61,908 bases of DNA from Alphaproteobacteria bacterium UBA4588 (GCA_002387605.1 DGJU01000046.1:24892-86799); one strand, 5' to 3'; numbered from the stretch's first letter, positions 42,150-50,480 are shown. Notes: generated by a model from the sequence alone, not told the origin. Translations and numbers: made by a program.

Positions 42150-43751
42150 TTAGATTTTCAGGCTTCGCTGGAATGCCCAGTTAACAACAAGACTTCCCAC
42201 CGTCTGGATTTGGTCAGCAGTGCTTCGCAAAACGATTTGCTGGCAGCTCATGCGCCGGCCCTCATTAATATAAAGTGAGGTATCAAGGCTTACCCGCCCA
42301 CCTTTGGATTTAAACACCCATCCAGCGTTCTGACCACGAATTTTCAGCAATATATGACCGCCCCTTATCATGGCAGCACTAACCCCGGGGTGGAGATGAA
42401 ATCTGATGATTGCTTCTGATGGAATTTCACCCGGAGCGTTTGTATAGGTAAGCTTGTCCTGTCCCCGCAGATTACCGCCGCCCATCGCAAGGAATAGCTG
42501 CCGGCTATGCAACAGCCCGTGCGAGCGCTCATATCCCCCATGAGTAAGACTTATCAGGCTGCCACCTGTTGCTGGGCCAACATCGCAGTCTATCACGCGT
42601 GCAAAACGATTTTTTGACGCCGCCTCATTATCAAGCCCGTCAAGTGTTAATGCAGAATGGGCTGCGGTCTGGCGCAGGACAGCATTCAGGCGCATATCAG
42701 AGCTCGTCTGTCCGGAATTAACAATCAGCATATGACTGCCAACTGAAAATTCAAAAGCAGAGGTGCTTGCACAGATGTTGGTCTCGGCATTATGGCTGCT
42801 GCCAGTATCACAGATAAGAGTATTGCGGCCTGACGAAAGCCGGCTAAAGCCTGTTTCCGGTGCGTGCTGGATGGAGCGGGTCCGCCCACTTACCCGGCTC
42901 AGAACTTGATTAATATCATCAACTGAACTGCTGCCTGCCAGATTAAACTGGGCAAACTGACCATTGCCGTGACGCCAGATTTTAGCAATGGCGGCCATCT
43001 GGGGAATGATTTCATCAAACACAGGAAAGTCTATCTGCCCGACATGTGCCAATGCCATCCGGCATTCAAGGATAATTCGCATTACCTCAAGATGCTGTTC
43101 AGGCTGCCGGCTTTTATGTCCGCCATCCTGATAAAGTTGGAACTTTATTTTCGGTACAATCAGATTGCATAAAGCTTCGACATCGCGCGCGCTTTTATAT
43201 AAAACAGCTTGTGCAATGATAAGCCCGCGCAACGCAGAAAGCTGGGCAATGCCTGTTGGCATCCGCTGCCAGTCAAGCGCAAGACAGCGTGCCTGAAGAG
43301 CCAGTGAGGCGGCAAATGCTGTCTGAAAACTCTCATCAGCAGAATCACCAAACCAACCATAGCAAAAGAGTAAGGCCGATAGCCGCTTGCCAATAATGTC
43401 GGGCCGCCAGCTTACCGCCGACCAAGACCGGTTCTGGGCCATCCAGTGGGTAAGGTGCGTGCGCACAAGTCCGCGACCAGTGCCGCCGCCCGCCTCGCGC
43501 ACATCACGAACCCACTCAAAGGTATGATAGTCAGGGTTGTTAGTATTATCAGTGCTGGGGTGCTGGGAGACCTGTTTGCTATTTTTCTCAGCGCCACGCC
43601 ATGGGTCTGATAATGTAACTAAGGGGAGAACAGGATTTTCGCCACGTAACTGCCATGTGAAAAGCCGCGATTTGCGGAACAGCTTTTCTAACTTGGTTAG
43701 CTCCCAGCGGAAGGAGATGGGATCATGCTCTAACAAGGCGTGTGGCAACAT
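42150..43751 (-). CDS. Heparinase II/III family protein (function unknown in this context)
   Basis: 533 aa. The assignment rests on length, general sequence character and the conserved rsmB / heparinase-II/III-like / purH gene order that I recall from Rhizobiales and Rhodospirillales. No catalytic motif was verified. Confidence 0.5.
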   Translation of the reverse strand: MLPHALLEHDPISFRWELTKLEKLFRKSRLFTWQLRGENPVLPLVTLSDPWRGAEKNSKQVSQHPSTDNTNNPDYHTFEWVRDVREAGGGTGRGLVRTHLTHWMAQNRSWSAVSWRPDIIGKRLSALLFCYGWFGDSADESFQTAFAASLALQARCLALDWQRMPTGIAQLSALRGLIIAQAVLYKSARDVEALCNLIVPKIKFQLYQDGGHKSRQPEQHLEVMRIILECRMALAHVGQIDFPVFDEIIPQMAAIAKIWRHGNGQFAQFNLAGSSSVDDINQVLSRVSGRTRSIQHAPETGFSRLSSGRNTLICDTGSSHNAETNICASTSAFEFSVGSHMLIVNSGQTSSDMRLNAVLRQTAAHSALTLDGLDNEAASKNRFARVIDCDVGPATGGSLISLTHGGYERSHGLLHSRQLFLAMGGGNLRGQDKLTYTNAPGEIPSEAIIRFHLHPGVSAAMIRGGHILLKIRGQNAGWVFKSKGGRVSLDTSLYINEGRRMSCQQIVLRSTADQIQTVGSLVVNWAFQRSLKI

Positions 43752-43753
43752 TA

Positions 43754-43785
43754 AATTCCACTCTGATGAAATTCCACTCTGATGA
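43754..43785. repeat. Exact 16-bp tandem duplication (AATTCCACTCTGATGA x2)
   Basis: Read directly from the sequence. It lies between the rsmB stop (43815) and the start of the heparinase-like gene (43751), within the 35 nt upstream of that start codon on the - strand. Confidence 0.9.
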
Positions 43786-43814
43786 AGAATTCGGCAATAC
43801 CAGAACTGCGGCTA

Positions 43815-45305
43815 TTATGACCTAACAGGCTGTAAACGCGCAACGAAAAATCCATCACAACCGGTGCCGATCGTAACAGACTGAGAGCTGATATGATCAA
43901 GGCAAGATGGCAGGATACGCGCCCAGCCCTTTGGATGGCATGCCGCAGCAAAAATCCCAAGTTCATTTTCTGTGAAGGGCAGAAGCCGCGCTTGGCCTGT
44001 TGCAAGAATAGTCTCTATAACCTCCTCGCCTTCTTCGGGCTGAAGCGAGCAGGTAACATAAAGCAGCGCGCCATCATCCACCACCCAGTTAAGGGAGCGT
44101 TCAAGCAGGGCGATTTGTGTTTGCTGAAGCCGCACTAAATCGGGTGCTTTTTTATGAAGAAAGATATCGGGATGACGCCGGAAGGTTCCGGTTGCAGAAC
44201 AGGGCGCATCAAGAATGATGAAATCAGATTGATGCGGTGGTGTGTAATCTAGAATATCAGCCTCGACAACCTCAGCAGAGAGTGAAAGACGACTGAGGTT
44301 ATCATTCAGAAGAGCCAGCCGGTCTGGGTCTTTTTCAACGGCACAGACACGCGCGCCTGCAGCTGCAAGCTGGGCTGTTTTACCGCCCGGAGCTGCACAT
44401 AAATCAAGCACGGTTTTATTGTTCAAGCTACCACCTTGCGAGGCGATGAGCATCTCGGCGGGCAGGGCAGCTGCCGCATCTTGTATCCACCACGCGCCTT
44501 CATCATATCCCGGGATTGCGCGAATATCACCAAGCGGGGGGCAGCGCACAATTTGTGAGGTAAGAACCTGTCCGCCGAGCGTTTCGGCCCAGAATGCGGC
44601 ATCCTTCTTTACCGCAATATCAAGCGGCGGCACGGCCATTGCCTGTTCGGCAAGCTTGTTAAGTTCATTTGCCCCCCACGCATCGCGCCAGCGAGAGGCA
44701 AGGCCGCGGGGAAGATTTTCGATAATATTTGTGGCGGCAAGACGCTCATTTAATTCGCGTTGCAAACGCCTGAGAACAGCGTTCACCATGCCTGATCTTC
44801 GCGGTGCGAGCACATGTTTTGCAAGCTCAACAGTGGTATCAATAGAGGCATGCGCTTCGGTGCCGATAAAAACCAGTTGAGCGATGCCAATCATTAGAAT
44901 AATCCGCGTTGGCGTATCTGTTTCTGGGGTTACCAGAGGGGCAAGAAGAGAGGCTATCTGGCCATTTCTGCGCAGGCATGTTGCAATGAGCAGGCGGGCA
45001 AAACTACGATCGCGTTGCTCAAGCTCGGTAAGGGGATGATGTGCGGCAACAGCGTCAGCCAGAATTTTGTGATGGGTAATGATATCGGTTAGAATATGGA
45101 ACGCAGCTGACCGGCTGGAGAGCACATTCTTCATCTTTGGCCCGGACGGGGTGCGCGGCCCAGACGGGGTGCGCGGCTCAGACGGGGTGCGATGCGGCGC
45201 TGGCCTGCCACCTGAATGAAGGCCGCTCCGCTTCTTATGTTTTAGCGGTGGGCGCTTCTTCAAGCTTAATTTAGGGCGTTCTGGTGAGGAGGGTGTATCG
45301 TTCAT
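43815..45305 (-). CDS. rsmB: 16S rRNA (cytosine967-C5)-methyltransferase with a basic, Pro-rich N-terminal extension
   Basis: NusB-like N-domain followed by a SAM methyltransferase domain with DLCAAPGGKT, DAPCS and a C-terminal catalytic TCS. The alternative start at 45134 (MKNVLSS...) would remove the 57-aa extension. Confidence 0.9.
   Translation of the reverse strand: MNDTPSSPERPKLSLKKRPPLKHKKRSGLHSGGRPAPHRTPSEPRTPSGPRTPSGPKMKNVLSSRSAAFHILTDIITHHKILADAVAAHHPLTELEQRDRSFARLLIATCLRRNGQIASLLAPLVTPETDTPTRIILMIGIAQLVFIGTEAHASIDTTVELAKHVLAPRRSGMVNAVLRRLQRELNERLAATNIIENLPRGLASRWRDAWGANELNKLAEQAMAVPPLDIAVKKDAAFWAETLGGQVLTSQIVRCPPLGDIRAIPGYDEGAWWIQDAAAALPAEMLIASQGGSLNNKTVLDLCAAPGGKTAQLAAAGARVCAVEKDPDRLALLNDNLSRLSLSAEVVEADILDYTPPHQSDFIILDAPCSATGTFRRHPDIFLHKKAPDLVRLQQTQIALLERSLNWVVDDGALLYVTCSLQPEEGEEVIETILATGQARLLPFTENELGIFAAACHPKGWARILPSCLDHISSQSVTIGTGCDGFFVARLQPVRS
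45139..45192. repeat. 3 x 18-bp tandem repeat (GGCCCGGACGGGGTGCGC-like), encoding RTPS(G/E)P x3 on the - strand
   Basis: The three units are ggcccggacggggtgcgc, ggcccagacggggtgcgc and ggctcagacggggtgcga. They lie in frame within the extended rsmB ORF. Confidence 0.9.
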
Positions 45306-45493
45306 AGGCGCGAATAAACCAGACGCGCTGGCTCTTGTCTATCACCTTAGCATGATTTGTTAACGATTAAGATCAGCATTGCGCCAGATTAGCTTGTCTT
45401 AGCCGCTGGACTGCCTATATGAAAAGATGTGTTATATATATAGTGAAGGCGGCGCGTTTCGTGCCCGTCCGATCAGATTGCAGGAGACATGAC

Positions 45494-45664
45494 ATGACAT
45501 CACAGAACGACAAAAAGTCATCTAAGACGCTGCCATCTCCGCCTGCGTCAGCTGAAAATGACACATCACAAAATACTATGCCGCCCGAAAGAAATGGTCC
45601 CAAGGGGCCAGAGCCAACCCGTTACGGTGATTGGGAAAATGGCGGCAGATGCACCGATTTTTAA
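45494..45664 (+). CDS. DUF1674 family protein (SDHAF4-like succinate dehydrogenase assembly factor)
   Basis: 56 aa from ATG 45494, with GGAG 6 nt upstream. The C-terminal RYGDWENGGRCTDF matches the DUF1674 signature as I recall it. The track ORF (81 aa) starts further upstream. Confidence 0.65.
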   Translation: MTSQNDKKSSKTLPSPPASAENDTSQNTMPPERNGPKGPEPTRYGDWENGGRCTDF

Positions 45665-45716
45665 TACGGCATCTAGCCGGGGCCCCCGCAAGGTCTGATT
45701 TAAACATTTTAAAAGA

Positions 45717-46061
45717 GTGCCGTTTATGACCCCCCGCCTCACAACAGAATTGCTTGTAAAAGCAAGTATCCGTGCTGCTGAACAGCGCGGTATATTTGCC
45801 AGCATCCTGCGCCATGGCGATGATAAGGCAGGCGCGCTTTTTGTGGAGCTGGATGTTGCGCCAGGGCAGGCAGCGCTTCTGGTGCGGCGGAGCAGTTTTG
45901 AGGGCGGTTTTGAGTGGGACAGGCTTACCGGCGAGGGATTTGTGTCTCCACAGGATGTCACAGAGCGTTTGGCGCGTGAAATTGATCGTGACCCTGATTG
46001 CTGGGTCATTTCTGTTCAGGATAATCAGGGGCGTAATATTTTTACCCTTGATGAGCTATAA
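45717..46061 (+). CDS. DUF1491 family protein
   Basis: 114 aa. The N-terminal segment LTTELLVKASIRAAEQRGIFASILRHGDDKAGALFVEL resembles the alphaproteobacterial DUF1491 family, recalled from memory. Confidence 0.55.
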   Translation: MPFMTPRLTTELLVKASIRAAEQRGIFASILRHGDDKAGALFVELDVAPGQAALLVRRSSFEGGFEWDRLTGEGFVSPQDVTERLAREIDRDPDCWVISVQDNQGRNIFTLDEL

Positions 46062-46207
46062 AAGAATTCACTGGGTTTTGAAATAATGGCCGGGTTTGAA
46101 ATGATGGAGGGGCTTTCATTTGCCACCTCCGGCGATTTCGCCTATATAAATGGCAGAATTTTTAAGGCCTCTTCTTGCCTCTCATATGTAAACTGAATGG
46201 ATAGGAA

Positions 46208-47545
46208 ATGTCAGACGCCATTATCATTCATACGCTCTCGCACCTAAATACAGCGCAGATTCGCACATTACAGGCCCGCACCGAGGATGACCTAACCCAG
46301 TTTACTGATAAGGTTGTGCCTATCATTGAGGATGTAAAACTGCGCGGTGATGATGCGTTGCGTGACTATGCAACAAAGTTCGATGGGGCAGATATGGATG
46401 GCAAGGCTATCCTTGCAACCTCGCAGGAAATCAAACAAGCCTATGACAAGCTAGACGGCAAGCTGATAGAGGCGCTTGAATATGCTGCTGATAATATTCG
46501 CAGGTTTCATGAACGCCAGAAGCCAGAAGCCGAATGGCAGATGGAAATTCGCCCGGGCATTTTTGTCGGAGAGCGTTCCTACCCGATAGATAAAGTTGCG
46601 CTCTATTCACCGCGCGGTAAGGGCTCGTTCCCGTCAGTAACATTAATGACCGCAATACCAGCGATTGTTGCTGGTGTGCCAGAACCGATTATCCTGACGC
46701 CGCCCGGACATGATGGTATGATTGACCCTGCAACATTAGTAGCTGCTGACTTAGCAGGTGTATCGCGCATTGCCAAAGCAGGCGGCGCGCAAGCAGTTGC
46801 AGCAGCAGCCTTTGGGACCGCCTCTATTCCAAAATGCCGGAAAATAGAAGGCCCGGGCAGCCCGTGGTTTGTTGCCGCAAAACGCGTGCTTGCTGATAAG
46901 ATAGGGTCGCGCCTTCCTGCTGGACCAAGCGAAGTCATTCTTTTTGCAGATGGCTCGCTAGATGCCCGCCTTGCGGCGCTCGATATTCTGATTGAATCAG
47001 AACATGGCACTGACAGCTCTGCTTTTATTGTGACGACCTCTGCTGAATTAGCCCAGCAAGTGACCGCTATTCTGCCGGAATATATGGCGCTGATGTCTGA
47101 TGAGAGGGCGGCTTACGCCCGCACTGTCCTGACAGGCACGAATGGCGGGATTGTACTGGCAGATACAACTGAAGATGCCTACCGGTTTATTAATGAATAT
47201 GCCCCAGAGCACTGCCAGATTTTATCGGCTGCACCTGATGCCCATGTCGCAGCTCTGACAACAGCATCTGAAATTCTGGTAGGCCCTTATAGTGCAGGCT
47301 CACTTGCCAATTATATGATGGGGCCGAATTGCGTGTTGCCAACATCTGGTGCGGCGCATGCCCATTCACCGCTTGGCGTTCATGATTTTATGCGGACAGC
47401 ATCGCTTGGCAGGGTTGAAGCAGCCGGATTTGATGAAATGGCGCCGCTCACCGAAGTATTTGCTCGTTATGAAGGGTTTGATGCCCATGCAAATGCTGTT
47501 TCTGATATTAGGCGCGCGATCCTAGCTGAGAGCGAGGACGCTTAG
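46208..47545 (+). CDS. hisD: Histidinol dehydrogenase family protein (divergent; possibly a paralog rather than canonical HisD)
   Basis: 445 aa with the overall HisD architecture and the AGPSEV and SEHG segments. However, the Q-A-E-H zinc-ligand motif reads E-S-E-H and the PGG loop reads PRGKG. Confidence 0.7.
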   Translation: MSDAIIIHTLSHLNTAQIRTLQARTEDDLTQFTDKVVPIIEDVKLRGDDALRDYATKFDGADMDGKAILATSQEIKQAYDKLDGKLIEALEYAADNIRRFHERQKPEAEWQMEIRPGIFVGERSYPIDKVALYSPRGKGSFPSVTLMTAIPAIVAGVPEPIILTPPGHDGMIDPATLVAADLAGVSRIAKAGGAQAVAAAAFGTASIPKCRKIEGPGSPWFVAAKRVLADKIGSRLPAGPSEVILFADGSLDARLAALDILIESEHGTDSSAFIVTTSAELAQQVTAILPEYMALMSDERAAYARTVLTGTNGGIVLADTTEDAYRFINEYAPEHCQILSAAPDAHVAALTTASEILVGPYSAGSLANYMMGPNCVLPTSGAAHAHSPLGVHDFMRTASLGRVEAAGFDEMAPLTEVFARYEGFDAHANAVSDIRRAILAESEDA

Positions 47546-48607
47546 GTGAGCCCGCTCTTTAAGCCATCTGGTAGCAGCGGGACGAGCCAAAAGCTCTCGC
47601 ATGCTCGCCGTCTTTCGGTGGCGCCGATGATGGATTGGACGACGCGCCATTGCCGCTATTTTCATCGGCTTTTGGCACCAGACGCCTTGCTGTTTACAGA
47701 AATGGTTACCGCTGAGGCTATTCTGCATGCAGGACCAAAGCGTTTCTGCCAGTTTGATGCATCAGAACATCCGCTTGCCTTGCAGCTTGGCGGCGCAGAT
47801 GCAGAACGGCTAGCGGCTGCGGTTGCTGCAGTTGGGCCATTTGGATTTGATGAAATTAATCTAAATGTAGGATGCCCCTCTGATCGGGTTCAATCAGGCC
47901 GGTTTGGCGCGTGTCTTATGGCAGAGCCAGACCTTGTTGCAGGGCTTGTCCGGGCGATGCAGGCTGAAACGGACCTGCCGGTTACTGTTAAATGTCGTAT
48001 TGGTATTGATGATATGGATGCCGAAGAAGGGCTTGATAGATTTATAGATATTGTGGGCGGTGCGGGCGCGACTGTGATTTATCTGCATGCCCGCAAAGCA
48101 TGGCTAAACGGCCTAAGTCCGAAAGAAAATAGGGACATACCGCCACTTGATTATGACCGTGCGGCGCGGCTGGCTCTGCGGTGCCCAGAGCTTGATATTA
48201 TTCTCAATGGCGGGCTAACAGATAGTGACCAGATTGCAGATGCGATACTGCCTCTGAATGAGACCTATGGCAGCGCAGTTTTTGCGGGTGTGATGGTTGG
48301 CAGGTCAGCCTATCAGACACCTGATAGGCTAGCAGACATGGCAGCAGATTATTTTGGCCACCCATCTGCTGATAGATATGATGTTTTGCAGGCAATGACG
48401 CTATATGCTGCAGCGCAGATGCAAGACGGTATTCCCCTGCATGCGATAACACGTCATATGTTGGGGTTATTCCATGGTAAAAAAGGCGCTCGTCTCTGGC
48501 GGCAGCGTCTTGGCGAAGAGGCCCGCAAAGAGGGCATATCTGCCGATTTAATCTTAACAGCGGCATCATCATGCCTCTCACTATTATCCACTGAAAGGGT
48601 TGCTTAA
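47546..48607 (+). CDS. dusA: tRNA dihydrouridine(20/20a) synthase
   Basis: LSVAPMMDWTTRHCRYFHR N-terminal signature and a TIM-barrel Dus core. The GTG start directly follows the hisD stop. The exact start is uncertain. Confidence 0.85.
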   Translation: MSPLFKPSGSSGTSQKLSHARRLSVAPMMDWTTRHCRYFHRLLAPDALLFTEMVTAEAILHAGPKRFCQFDASEHPLALQLGGADAERLAAAVAAVGPFGFDEINLNVGCPSDRVQSGRFGACLMAEPDLVAGLVRAMQAETDLPVTVKCRIGIDDMDAEEGLDRFIDIVGGAGATVIYLHARKAWLNGLSPKENRDIPPLDYDRAARLALRCPELDIILNGGLTDSDQIADAILPLNETYGSAVFAGVMVGRSAYQTPDRLADMAADYFGHPSADRYDVLQAMTLYAAAQMQDGIPLHAITRHMLGLFHGKKGARLWRQRLGEEARKEGISADLILTAASSCLSLLSTERVA

Positions 48608-49180
48608 ATGAGCGTGCAGGAAACAGAGACGAAACCAAAACACCGAGGTTATCTGGAGTTTGGCCCGCTTTTACTCTTCTTTGCGACAAACTATTTTACC
48701 AAAGACATTATGCTGGCGACCGCTGTTCTGGTTGGCTCAACGCTCGTAGCGCTTGGTCTGTCATGGACATTGGATAGACGGATTCCAAAACTGGCGCTGT
48801 TTGGCTGTATTGCTGTTACGCTGTTTGGTGGTCTGGCGCTGCATTTTGACGATGAGTGGTATATCCAGATTAAGCCAACAGTGATTAGTGGCGGGCTGGC
48901 ACTATTTCTTGCTGGTGGTCAGCTTTTGAATAAGGCACCTCTGAAAGCTCTGCTAGGGCAACAAATGGCACTAGATGATAAGGGCTGGCAAAAGGTAACA
49001 TGGGTGTGGACGGCGATGTTTGCTGTTTCTGCTGGTGCGAATGAAATTGCATGGCGGATACTCTCAACAGATGACTGGGTGACCTTTAAAACCTTTGGTC
49101 TGACAGGTATATCTGTTGTTTTTGCGCTGATGACGATGCCGATTATCGCAAAGCATACAAGCGATGAAAAATACCGTTAG
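48608..49180 (+). CDS. yciB: Inner membrane protein YciB (intracellular septation protein A)
   Basis: 190 aa with five TM helices and an FGPLLLFFATNY N-terminus. Its ATG directly follows the dusA stop. Confidence 0.8.
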   Translation: MSVQETETKPKHRGYLEFGPLLLFFATNYFTKDIMLATAVLVGSTLVALGLSWTLDRRIPKLALFGCIAVTLFGGLALHFDDEWYIQIKPTVISGGLALFLAGGQLLNKAPLKALLGQQMALDDKGWQKVTWVWTAMFAVSAGANEIAWRILSTDDWVTFKTFGLTGISVVFALMTMPIIAKHTSDEKYR

Positions 49181-49332
49181 AACGCCTCGTTATCGCGTTT
49201 TGTCGCGCTCGTGATAGATTTAGTCGTGCCGCGTAGTCACAGTATCTGGTGAATCATTCAAGTGAAGGTAGTAAGTTTAATACGCGTAACGTTTTTTTGA
49301 AGGTGTGATGCCGCCTGCAGGAGGAATAATCA

Positions 49333-50037
49333 ATGTCAGATGAAGAAGATATTATTCTCGCCGATTTGGATGATGACGAACTTGTGCAACAGATGCATGA
49401 CGACCTTTATGACGGCATGCAAGAAGAGATTGTTGAATCTGTTAATATCCTTCTATCGCGCAAATGGACCCCTTACGACGTTCTGACCAAAGCACTTGTC
49501 GAAGGCATGACGATTGTTGGTGTTGATTTCCGTGATGGTATCCTGTTTGTGCCTGAAGTGTTGATGGCAGCTAATGCAATGAAGTCAGGCATGGTTGTTC
49601 TCCGCCCATTATTAGCTGAAACAGGTGCGCCGCGGGTTGGCAAAATTGTTATTGGGACGGTGAAAGGCGATATTCATGATATCGGCAAAAACCTTGTTTC
49701 TATGATGCTGGAAGGTGCTGGGTTCGAAGTTATCGATCTTGGCATTAATAATCCGGTTGAAAATTACCTCGAAGCGATTGAAGAGCATAAGCCAGATATT
49801 CTGGGCATGTCAGCGCTTCTCACAACAACAATGCCCTATATGAAGGTTGTTGTTGATGCGATGGTCGAAAAAGGCATTCGTGATGATTACATCGTTCTTG
49901 TGGGTGGCGCGCCGTTAAATGAAGCGTTTGGCGCGTCTGTCGGGGCAGATGCTTATTGCCGTGATGCTGCGGTTGCTGTTGAAACAGCCAAGGAGCTGAT
50001 TGCACAGCGCCGTGAGCAGGGCGCTCAGGCGGGCTAA
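49333..50037 (+). CDS. Corrinoid (cobalamin-binding) protein: B12 cap plus Rossmann B12-binding domain
   Basis: 234 aa. An acidic N-terminus and helical cap are followed by the base-off/His-on motif GDIHDIGKN (DxHxxG) and SALLTTTM ... GGAPL. A strong AGGAGG Shine-Dalgarno sequence lies upstream. Confidence 0.88.
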   Translation: MSDEEDIILADLDDDELVQQMHDDLYDGMQEEIVESVNILLSRKWTPYDVLTKALVEGMTIVGVDFRDGILFVPEVLMAANAMKSGMVVLRPLLAETGAPRVGKIVIGTVKGDIHDIGKNLVSMMLEGAGFEVIDLGINNPVENYLEAIEEHKPDILGMSALLTTTMPYMKVVVDAMVEKGIRDDYIVLVGGAPLNEAFGASVGADAYCRDAAVAVETAKELIAQRREQGAQAG

Positions 50038-50064
50038 AGAATTTTGCTATTATAACAGTGAAAC

Positions 50065-50155
50065 GATAAGGGGCCGGAGTGCATACTTCCGGCCTTTATC
50101 GTAAGAAGAAACAGGCTGGCAAGCAACGGCAGAACAGCCCCTTATCCTTTTTTTT
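50065..50155 (+). terminator. Terminator/attenuator-like structure between the corrinoid-protein gene and the downstream genes
   Basis: GATAAGGGGC (50065-50074) is the perfect complement of GCCCCTTATC (50137-50146), which is followed by C and T8 (50148-50155). A competing hairpin, GGCCGGA (50072-50078) with TCCGGCC (50088-50094), uses three of the same bases. Confidence 0.45.
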
Positions 50156-50168
50156 AATGGAGCAGATG

Positions 50169-50480
50169 ATGGCAAGCATCATAGTACTTTACTGGCGTGA
50201 TATTCCGGCGCAGGTGGTTGCAGAACGTGGCCGTGGGCGTAAAAGAGAACAGGCAAAAATTGAACTTCATAAGCGGTTTGCGCTGGCGATTGACGAAGCG
50301 GCAATGCGCGATGGCGCTGATAGCACAGATGATTATCTAGCAGAATGGCGTCGCGGTGAGGCTCAGGAATGTGGTGAGGATTTACAAGCAGAGGCTGATA
50401 CGCTTGCTGCAGCCATTGAAGCTGATTATCCGCGTGAACGACTTGCCGCGCTTGTTGCAAAAGGCGGCGCTGAAGGGTGA
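50169..50480 (+). CDS. Small conserved protein of unknown function embedded in the corrinoid cluster
   Basis: 103 aa from ATG 50169 (MASIIVLYWRDIPAQVVAERG...) with GGAG 6 nt upstream. The track ORF start at 50079 lies inside the terminator-like structure. The IVLYWRDIPAQV N-terminus resembles a short family often annotated as 'virulence factor' next to metF-like genes in alphaproteobacteria. This is from memory and unverified. Confidence 0.6.
   Translation: MASIIVLYWRDIPAQVVAERGRGRKREQAKIELHKRFALAIDEAAMRDGADSTDDYLAEWRRGEAQECGEDLQAEADTLAAAIEADYPRERLAALVAKGGAEG

Noticed and set aside
42133-42156. Direct repeat CAGTTAGATT x2 (14-nt period) at the 3' end of the heparinase-like gene
   Set aside because: The repeat is short (10 bp) and has only two copies, one of which overlaps the stop codon. 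It has no partner elsewhere in the window, so it is compatible with chance or a trivial slippage.
46073-46142. Imperfect direct repeat GGGTT(T)TGAAAT(A/G)ATGG x2, followed by two small hairpins, upstream of the hisD-family gene. Considered as a REP-like or regulatory element.
   Set aside because: The repeats are imperfect (one indel, one mismatch) and the hairpins are short (8 bp with a bulge, and 4 bp). The motif does not recur anywhere else in the window. There is not enough evidence to call a feature.
49181-49332. Possible cobalamin or SAM-II riboswitch upstream of the corrinoid-protein gene
   Set aside because: The spacer is only 152 nt. I could find neither a B12-box-like element (GCCACTG-type core) nor the SAM-II AAAGCU pseudoknot signature. 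There is only a weak 5-bp hairpin after yciB and a T7 run. A covariance-model scan would be the decisive test.
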